Below are positions 11,671-21,051 of a DNA stretch of 21,051 nucleotides, piece by piece. Both the position numbers and the translations under genes were made by a program. Location: positions 1-21,051 of the forward strand of contig NW_021824159.1 in the NCBI RefSeq assembly GCF_006345805.1, read 5' to 3'. Position 1 is the first letter of the stretch; each line of letters opens with the position of its first letter. The notes beneath the pieces were generated by a model, which had not been told where the DNA came from, searched no databases, and saw only the letters and a list, made by a program, of their open reading frames with translations. This DNA comes from Octopus sinensis (lineage: Eukaryota).

Positions 11671-12425
11671 ATATGTATCAATATCTACTCGCTTTTCCAA
11701 TAAAATCCCGATACCGCCCAAAATCATCAAAAGGAAATGCTTTAAGAAGAAAACTGAACGAGAAGACTAGATGGAAATCCTGCTTCTCTGGAAAGGATCT
11801 CCCCGAAATATTTATAAACAATAGATTCCGATTTAGAAGCCGTTAGTGGCCCTCGCAGGACATGACTTGGGAAATTTTTGAAGACGACTTATGCACCACG
11901 ATAAAAGATGCTTAAAAGCTAATGCTATACCAATAACCTTCAAAACCTCTTAAATAACTACGTTAAATCCATTGAAACACTCCCAATATTCGAATAATTG
12001 TTATCAGAGCGTAAATTATTTAAGTAGGTAGCATTAGACACTTCAAACTCCTGTCAAACCAAATTCCTAAAATTTATAAACCAAACCGTCTTCAATAGTT
12101 ACTTTATACTTATGATTACTTTTGTGTGGCGGTGCTTCTGGTGTTGTCAACTAACTAAAGAACTAAAGTCCCATGATCTGTAGAAGAGGAGTTGTTTTGT
12201 TTTGACTTTGGTACTACTATTTATTTATGACTGAGGCTGGTAATATCATACACTTAATCACATTAACTGTAATATTAGCTTTGAATGGATATCACTTCCT
12301 GGAGATAGTCTTCCCGTCATCTACTTATCACTATCTCCATGAGACAGAATTGAACACAACAGGTATAGATGCAACAGCATTGGTAACGCTTGCATGTCAA
12401 CCTTCAGTTACGCCTCCACTTCATA

Positions 12426-12591
12426 TTGGTTTCAAATTTTTGGCATAAAGCCGGCAATTTCGAGGAGGGTGGTAAGTCGATTACATCGACCCCAGTGCGT
12501 AACTGGTACTTATTTGATCGACCCAGAAACGATGAGAGGCAAAGTCGACCTCGGCGGAATTTGAACTCAGAATGTAAAGACGGATGAAATA
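12426..12591 (-). mobile_element. SINE family A (tail type c), head partly lost at a (TG)n
   Basis: Contains gtcgattacatcgaccccagtgcgtaactggtac...aaagtcgacctcggcggaatttgaactcag. Confidence 0.88.
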
Positions 12592-12627
<36 letters not shown>

Positions 12628-13562
12628 AAAAACATCTTCTAGCAGAAAAGAATGCTGTTAAAATGAATTATCGTTTACGTAACACTTTTTTAAAATCACT
12701 GTGGAGAAATGCCAGCAATGACCTTCTCAGGCTCTCCAATATTTTAAATTATAAACAGACGATCGGGAGCATGGGGTGGGGTTGCAAAAGCATCATAAAT
12801 TCTCAAATTTAATTTTTTTTATAGCGTATAAATGTATTTATGGGGAGAAAAATATTGGAAAACATCAATACATGCGAGAATGATAATGAAACGAGGAGGG
12901 TTGTCTTGGGATGTGCTAAAAGCAATAGCCAAATCTCCCTTAAATTACTCACTATTTCCTCTGAAAATGTTTACAATTTTTTTTTACTTTTTTTACCGAA
13001 AAGCCCCTCCCTTGGTTTTGAAATGCAAAAAAATTGGCCAAAATAGATCCGGAGTGAGATGATGATGATGATGGAGCGGAGTATAAAAAATTTTTTTTTA
13101 ACTTTTTCATACAAAGACGCTTCCAACACGCCTCACATCATGAAGGTTGTGGTTTAAATGAAATGGAGAAAATCCCCGTTAAAACAGAGTGGATCTAACT
13201 TATTTGGTCTTCCTGATCCGATTATCTGTTTTACAGAAACACCTCTACCCACCCCCTCAGAAAGAATTTTCCCCACAAATTTCCTTATAATCGTAACCTA
13301 TGCCGTTTGAAAGGTATTTCTATAAACTTTCATTAAAAGATACCCATTTTTCTGAAAGTTATGAGGGGGAAATGTCGGATCGTGTGAATTTCCGAAACTC
13401 CTTTCTCCATCTCACATAAATCTCTACATATTCTGAAGCCACAACATCTAAGCGGTATTTGTAGGAAATTTCGTTAAAAAGTATTCATTTTTCTGGATAT
13501 TATGAGGCAACAAAGTGGAGCCCTTTTATATATACGATTTTTTCATTTAATATTCTCATCCA

Positions 13563-13574
13563 GCCGCCATTTTG
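13563..13574. promoter_or_regulatory. YY1-type consensus site GCCGCCATTTTG
   Basis: Exact match to the extended YY1 consensus. It is a single motif with no functional evidence. Confidence 0.3.
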
Positions 13575-13989
13575 CTCGCTCACTGGTCCCTACCTTAATC
13601 GAATCCCTTTCTCTCTCTTTCTCTCTCACTCCATCTTTCTGCCTCTCTCTCGTTCTCTCTCACTGTACCTCTTTCTTCCTACCTCTCTCCCTTTTTCTGT
13701 CTTTCCGCCTTCAGTATAATTTTCAGTCTATCCACTTAATTTCGCTGTCTATTTATTGGCTTTAAAGATGTGACTTTTCTTGTGAACAGTGATTGGTAAC
13801 GATGCATTATATCGGTAGGTAGGGAGGTACGATGGGTGGGAGAGAGGAAAGAGAGAGAGAAGGAGCAAGAGAGAGAGAGGAGAAAGAAAAGGTGGTAGAG
13901 GGGGTGAAAGAGAGGGAACAAGGGTGGAGAAAGAGGACGGAGAGAGGAGGACGGAGAGAGGAGGTCAGAGAGAGAGGGGGCGGAGATAT

Positions 13990-14001
13990 AGATAGCCAGA
14001 A

Positions 14002-14072
<71 letters not shown>

Positions 14073-14174
14073 CTTACAGATACATATGTACATCTATACG
14101 TGCATACATTGACGGATAGAGACAAGCAGACAGACAGACAGGCAGACAGACAAATACACATATAGATAGATAGT

Positions 14175-14255
<81 letters not shown>
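13990..14255. repeat. (GATA)n/(GACA)n arrays
   Basis: Read directly from the sequence. Confidence 0.95.
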
Positions 14256-14599
14256 TAGTTGCTAGAATGTGTAATTGGAATGAAAACAAAACACTCCCAC
14301 TTAACGAAAATCAATAAAAATTGCCAACTACCATCCACCAGTACCACCACCACTAAATCTTAGTAACAACAACAAAAACAACATCAACGAAAGAGCTAAT
14401 TGAAGAAACTCTTTACAATCCTTCAATCTGCTAGAAATAACAGCCAAATTCTGTTAAATTGCTCGCCGCTGTGGGATATTTAGTGAGGTCGGTAAGTAAG
14501 GTTACCTAGAGTAATATAGCCCTGGGCACACTAAAAGAATGCAAGAAATAACGCTCAGATCTCCCTCAAAACACGTACCAGACAATGTGTGAAGCGGAA

Positions 14600-14693
14600 C
14601 ACTCTTTTGCTCTTTTACTTGTTTCCGTCATTTAACTGTGGCCATACTGGATCACCGCCTTTAGTCGAGCAAATCGACCCCAGCACTTATTCT
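14600..14693 (-). mobile_element. 3' fragment of another SINE, truncated at the inverted repeat
   Basis: gtcgagcaaatcgaccccag resembles family A gtcgattacatcgaccccag. The minus strand ends in an (aagagt/aaagagc)-type tail. Confidence 0.5.
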
Positions 14694-14941
14694 TTTTATT
14701 TAATATATCTAATTTGTTTATCCGCATAATTGCCTCTTTCTCTCTCTCTCTTTATTTACGCAGATGTGGTGCGTGCTACAAACCGCCAACATGATGTTGT
14801 TGAAAGGGCAGCTGCTGAACAAGAATCTTTTTTGTGCATGGCACAAAAGATTGTACAGCAGCTAACCTGGCTTCATCAAACCCAAGCTCGCAGATGGGAC
14901 TATCCACAATATACAAGACCACCACAGCAAATAGACCCAAG

Positions 14942-15017
<76 letters not shown>

Positions 15018-15029
15018 ATATATATATAT

Positions 15030-15065
<36 letters not shown>

Positions 15066-15104
15066 CAATTATGCGGATAAACAAATTAGATATATTAAAT
15101 AAAA
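14694..15104. repeat. Perfect 44-bp inverted repeat (14694-14737 / 15061-15104), extended inward by (CT)n/(AG)n
   Basis: ttttatttaatatatctaatttgtttatccgcataattgcctct is the exact reverse complement of 15061-15104. Confidence 0.95.
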
Positions 15105-15345
15105 TAGTTTGGGTATGAAGTACAAAATATGTATATATGTATACATGAAAAACCAGAGAAAGCAACATAGACTTTCAGACGATGAATAATATTTAAGTAT
15201 AGATATATAGATATTTATATTCATAGATCCAACTTACACCGAGTACAAACGACAGAGAAAATAAAATGGGTGAAAGAAAGGTGTTATAAGTCCAACAGTT
15301 GTTTCTGTGGGCTCGGTGATCCATAATAATGTTGGTCGGTGTAGA

Positions 15346-15872
15346 TCATCACAATATGCGACCGTAGTGAATGCAGTCAACATTGGGCAAGACGAGTTTC
15401 CGTCATCAGAGTAAAGAAGATCTTACATTTCATATTTTAATGCAGAAAAGTTCAGCACAATATGCGGCCGTAATGGATGCAGTCAACATTGAACAAGACG
15501 AGTTTCCGTCATCAGAGTAGAGAAGATCTTACATTTCATATTTTAATGCAGAAAAGTTTATCTCAGTATGCGGCCGTAATGGATGCAGTCAACATTGGAC
15601 AAGGCGAGTTTCCGTCATCAGAGTAGAGAAGATCTTACATTTCATATTTTAATGCAGGAAAGTTCATCACAGTATGCGGCCGTAATGGATGCAGTCAACA
15701 TTGGACAAGACGAGTTTCCGTCATCAGAGTAGAGAAGATCTTACATTTCATATTTTAATGCAGAAAAGTTCATCTCAGTATGCGGCCGTAATGGATGCAG
15801 TCAACGTTGGATAAGACTAGCCTCCGTCATTGGGGTAGATATCTTACATTTCAGATCTTAATGTAGAGAAGT
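15346..15872. repeat. Minisatellite, five copies of a 106-bp unit
   Basis: tatgcg(g/a)ccgta occurs at 15355, 15461, 15567, 15673 and 15779 (period 106). Inner copies are near-identical and terminal copies are diverged. Confidence 0.97.
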
Positions 15873-16299
15873 TCAAAGATGTGTGTATATTCATATATTA
15901 TTATATGCGACAACACTATCTATCTGACTCGAAGAGACTGTGTATATGTAAAAAAACAAGCGATGTGTGCGTGTTTGCGTGTGTGCCTGTATCCATATGC
16001 GTGTTACTGGTAACTTTAGAAATGTTCCGACGTGGATTCTTCAAGTTAAGGTCTTCAGTACTCGACTTGATATTTCATTTTCCTAGAGTTATTTCTCTTT
16101 AAAAGAAAAATATGATAACCAGGAATCGATTATCATTTTTTTCTTTTTCTATTAACAATGAGGAGCTGTCTGGATCTGTAGACGCTCGCTCTACAATTTT
16201 AGAATTTGAATTATTATCTGAACTGCATTGAGCAGGAAAGATTAAATCTGTATAATCTACAACAGTATTATATTTATATATGGACAGAATGACAAATAA

Positions 16300-16514
16300 A
16301 CAGACAGACACACACATACATACATACATACGTACATATATATACATATGTATATATGTATGAATGCGTGCGTGTGTGTGAACGTATATTAATTATACAT
16401 ACATATATGCATGTGTGCATAATGAAATTGTATTGTGCTTGTGAAAATTAATGCACATATTTACATACATATATACTCCTACATATATATATGTATATAC
16501 ATACATATATATAC

Positions 16515-16570
<56 letters not shown>

Positions 16571-16733
16571 ATATATATATATATATATAAGAGGAAAAAT
16601 TCTATAAGAAAGGAACTCTAATCTCTCTTTTATATTTTGATAAGCATAACAAATGCGCAACCGGTAAAAAGAACTTTCACCTAATTAAATTACTTAAATT
16701 ACTTCAATTATTTGTCAGCATTTTCTTCATTTC

Positions 16734-16826
<93 letters not shown>

Positions 16827-16905
16827 GATAGATAGATAGATACATACATACATACATACATACATACATAAATACATATTATATATATATATATATATAT
16901 GCATG
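16300..16905. repeat. (TA)n/(TACA)n-rich compound microsatellites with a short unique spacer
   Basis: Read directly from the sequence. Confidence 0.9.
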
Positions 16906-17506
16906 TAAGCGGGCAGATGTTAATATACGTGTATGTCTGTGCATGCATGTGATGTGTGTGTATATATTTATAAATAGATAGAGATTTTGAGACATACAGA
17001 CAGACAGACAGACTAATATACAAGCACGCATAGATTCTCGTATGCAGTATCACACAAACACACAGAGTGACACATGTGCAGTCTCTACCCCTCTCGCTTT
17101 CTCTCTCTCACTCTCACACACACACTTACACATAAACACAAGCACATAGCGGCTAGAGAGTGAGGGTAGTACGACGAGAGTAGTAATACTGGTCTGTCTA
17201 TAATTTTCTGATGTTGTCACACCTCTTGCTTGTAAAACGCTGTAATGAAACATTGAACGGAAAAGGTGAAAAAGCTTTTAGAAGTTTGGAACAGTCGACC
17301 ACTTATAGAATAAATTGTGCCTTTCCTTTATCGATACGACAACGACAACCGCAATCAATGCAGTCACCGCGATCAATACAACTGCCACAAGTCAAATACT
17401 TCAACTCGGTGATCTATATTCAAATCTCACCGTGGTCAGCTATGATTTTTATCATTTTGATGCCGTCGATAAAAATGTCCCAATGCAAGGTGACGGATAT
17501 AGGAAA

Positions 17507-17882
17507 TCTCTCTAAATATAAAGCTGAAGTTGTCTGTGTATGGCAGGTTTGGTAGCCTTCAACTAACCCTGCGGCGCAAGTTGACCAAAATTGAGAGTAT
17601 GATAGAAGAAGGATTGCTCTTCCTTGCATAGAAAAGAAAATTCAAATCGGACCATGTTAACACCAAAAATTATTTACATCAAAAACGTGCTTTTTTTTCT
17701 ATGAAAATCCCTATTTTTTACGATTTTTTGGCAGCTGCGTCGCCATTTTTCGGTGTATTTCAACCAGAAAAATGTTCACTTAAAGAGAATAACAAGCTAC
17801 ATAATGCAAAATTTTTACTTTTCAAAAATTCCAATTCTAAGGGGTCGAAACAAACCCGAGCAACGCCGGGTTATACTGCTAG
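17507..17882 (+). mobile_element. Non-autonomous Helitron, apparently complete (376 bp)
   Basis: 5' end A|TCtctctaaatataaag; subterminal hairpin aacccg-agcaacgc-cgggtt at 17853-17872; CTAG at 17879-17882 followed by T; no TSD. The 3' end is firmer than the 5' end. Confidence 0.8.
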
Positions 17883-17889
17883 TGTAAGA

Positions 17890-18153
17890 ATAAATAATAA
17901 ATAAATGCGCCCTTTTAAAGCCTAGCCAGACTCATGGGCTCAGTCTCCCGGTTTTAGTGGCGTATGTGTTCCCCAGCTTGACGAGACGCCAGTCCATCGC
18001 AGCGTTACTCATTTTTGCCAGCTGAGTTGACTGGAGCAACTTGAAATGAAGTGTTTTGCTCAAGAACACAACGCGTCGCCCGGTCCAGGAATCGAAACCA
18101 CAATCTTACGAACATGATGCTGACACCCAAGCCACTGAGCCACGCACCTCCAC
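17890..18153 (-). mobile_element. Third tRNA-derived SINE family (family C), full length
   Basis: Minus strand: gtggctcagtgg (A-box) ... ggtttcgattcc (B-box), body gtgttcttgagcaaaacactt ... gctgcgatggactggcgtc, and a (ttta/tta) tail. Confidence 0.82.
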
Positions 18154-18519
18154 AAATGTAATATTACCAGCGTAAATATTTTGGGGGTTTTGTTCTGCTC
18201 TTTTTGCGTTCTGAGTTCAAATCCTGCCGTGGTTTACTTTAGTAGACGATTTGATTTTATTTGTTCGTCCCGTTTAATATGGCCACATGGCATTTTGAGT
18301 GCCTTTAGTCGATTTAAATTTTTAGATGATCTGCTCATTAAGGCTAACTAGTGGCCCCAATGAACATATTTCGGGGTTATTAAGCCTCCTCAGCGAAGCA
18401 TATTCTGCTCCGTCGTTAAGACATGTAATCCTCGAGATTTCGATTTTTGGTTTTCAATCTATAGCATCTTGTTTTCGTTTTCTTCTTTATCATTCCCGAA
18501 TGATGGTTAAAATGCATAA

Positions 18520-18660
18520 TGATCGTGATGATCATGATGATGGTGATGACGATGACGATGATAATGACGACGAAAAAGACTGTGTTGATGATGACGATGA
18601 TCATGAACATAATTCTCCTTAAGGTAAGGATGTTGAGGATGACGACTACAATGATGATGC

Positions 18661-18717
<57 letters not shown>

Positions 18718-18745
18718 CATCATCATCATCATCATCATTATTTAT
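18520..18745. repeat. (GAT)n and (ATT/ATC)n trinucleotide arrays
   Basis: Read directly from the sequence. Confidence 0.9.
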
Positions 18746-18945
18746 CATATTCTTGTTCTTCTAATTCTTTTTCTTCTTCTCCATCATCATCATCATAATC
18801 ATCAGCAACAACAACACAACATCGTCATCATCCTAGTTTCATCCTGCTAAGATTCTAACTTTAATTCATATATAATCCAAGACCAAATTTCTAATCCAGC
18901 CCAGCAAAATTTCTCAATTTTTCATATATATATAAACATACGTAC

Positions 18946-18999
<54 letters not shown>

Positions 19000-19404
19000 A
19001 TATATAATACATACATACATATATATACATATATATGTATATAGATGTGTATATATATACATGTATGTATATGTATGTATATATATATATGTGTGTGTAT
19101 GTTTGTGTGTGTTTGTGTCGTTTTGTTTATATTTTGTCTCAGCCATTATACTGTAAACATTAGTTTTCGCTGGATTATAACTTAAATCTCTCTCTGCTTT
19201 CCCACGCACACAAACCCCACAACTCACACGCGTACGTACGCACCCACACACACACTTGTATCTATGACAACACTATGCAACGCTAATTGAGTTCGCCTCT
19301 TCCTCACTCCATCATCTTCGATACGGCGCAGAGATTCCGTCGCTTCATGTTTTATCCTCAAGTACTTTAAATCTGCATCGAGAATAAAATCTAAGGCAGT
19401 TGTC

Positions 19405-19513
19405 ATTATTGCTGTGGTTATTATCATCCTCATCATCATCATCATTCTCATAATCATCATCATCATCATTCTTATCCTCATCCTCATCGTCATCGTCGCT
19501 GTCGTCGTCGTAG

Positions 19514-19595
<82 letters not shown>

Positions 19596-19606
19596 TTATT
19601 ATTATA

Positions 19607-19642
<36 letters not shown>

Positions 19643-19649
19643 CATTTTA

Positions 19650-19720
<71 letters not shown>
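19405..19720. repeat. (ATC)n/(ATT)n compound array
   Basis: Read directly from the sequence. Confidence 0.93.
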
Positions 19721-19724
<4 letters not shown>

Positions 19725-19799
19725 GAATGTTGCTGCTACTGTTATTGCTAATATAGTTATTTTACATAGCATTTGCTTTCATAATACTGCGTTTGGTTC

Positions 19800-19833
19800 T
19801 TATAATATATATATTATATATATATATATTATA

Positions 19834-19866
<33 letters not shown>

Positions 19867-19879
19867 CATACATATATAT

Positions 19880-19922
<43 letters not shown>

Positions 19923-20126
19923 ATATATATATATCATATATATATATATATATATATGTATGCATGCATATATATACATATATGAGAGAGAGGGGGAGGA
20001 GAAAGAGGAGAGAGAGATTATACCTATAACCACAATAAATACACACGCATAGGTAAGTGTATATATATGTATATATATATATGTATATGTATGTATATAC
20101 AGACACATTTATAAATACATATACAT

Positions 20127-20193
<67 letters not shown>

Positions 20194-20225
20194 TATTATA
20201 ATACATATATATATATATATATAAA
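19800..20225. repeat. (TA)n-rich compound microsatellite
   Basis: Read directly from the sequence. Confidence 0.92.
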
Positions 20226-20379
20226 CAGACTGATAGACAGGCAAGCGAACAGACAAACAGACAGATTTTTATGAACGATCCCCTATTTTATGGTTATATC
20301 ACACACTATGGTAAAGGTAGCACAGTAATGCAATATTTGTATTTTGATGACCTCGTGGCAAATGATCAAATCATTACTT

Positions 20380-20427
<48 letters not shown>

Positions 20428-20456
20428 ATAGTAGTAGTAGTAGTAGTAGTAGCATC

Positions 20457-20491
<35 letters not shown>

Positions 20492-20680
20492 CAGCAGCAG
20501 TAGTAGCAGTAGTAGTAGTAGTAGTAATAGTAGTTGTTGTTGTTTTTCTGCGTGTACGTCTGTATGTTTGTCAATCTGCATATGTGTGGATGTAAGCGTG
20601 CATGCTTCGTTCTTTCATCTATTGTTGTTGTTGTTGCTGTTGTTGTTGTTGTGTTGTTGTTGTTGTTGTTGTTTTTGTTG
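20380..20680. repeat. (AGT)n and (TTG)n arrays
   Basis: Read directly from the sequence. Confidence 0.92.
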
Positions 20681-20919
20681 TATAGATTTAAGTATTGAAC
20701 TGTAGAGTAAATATTTAAGAACTTGCAGAGCCAGACTATTGGGAGAGTGGAGGTGGAGATACAGGAGTGGGGGAAGATGGAGGGTAGAGGAACAGAAGTA
20801 AATAAACAAGGAAAGAAACTAAACGAAGTAAATGCAAAGACCGAAGAGGAATCTTGAGAAAATAAGACAGATAAAAGGGTTAAGACGAAAAATGATAGGA
20901 AGAGAAAAGGAAATCGTTA

Positions 20920-20945
20920 GATAGATAGATAGAAGATAGATAGAT

Positions 20946-20991
<46 letters not shown>

Positions 20992-21000
20992 TAGATAGAT

Positions 21001-21051
<51 letters not shown>
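20920..21051. repeat. (GATA)n array running off the window end
   Basis: Read directly from the sequence. Confidence 0.95.

Noticed and set aside
11700-12120. Possible decayed LINE coding sequence
   Set aside because: All frames have many stops and I could not identify any RT or endonuclease motif.
15391-15409. A functional hammerhead ribozyme as an annotated feature
   Set aside because: Helix II is absent and helix I does not pair; it is kept only as a hypothesis in the findings.
15346-15872. CRISPR array or coding repeat
   Set aside because: There are no unique spacers, the unit is not a multiple of three, and the context is eukaryotic.
17372-17497. 126-nt phase-symmetric candidate exon ending near caag|gtgacg
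   Set aside because: There is no pyrimidine tract before the AG and the peptide is not recognisable; coordinates are approximate.

Overview
This is eukaryotic, AT-rich, microsatellite-saturated non-coding DNA. The SINE, Helitron and (TA)n/(AAT)n/(GATA)n content reads like an octopus (coleoid cephalopod) intron or intergenic region; this attribution comes from recognising repeats, not from a database search. I cannot support any intact protein-coding gene, and most long ORFs in the track are translated microsatellites. Supported contents: a decayed RTE-clade LINE 3' end whose upstream part is inverted (twin-priming geometry); a ~550-bp element sitting inside an (ATT)n array; eight copies or fragments of a tRNA-derived SINE with a shared core and different tails, one with a clean target-site duplication; two other tRNA-derived SINEs; a mariner 3' end present twice; a complete non-autonomous Helitron; two inverted-repeat structures; a 5 x 106-bp minisatellite; and several local duplications, at least one of which looks like a long-read assembly artefact. 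I found no convincing evidence of a new multi-gene system. The interest lies in transposon structure and local rearrangements.
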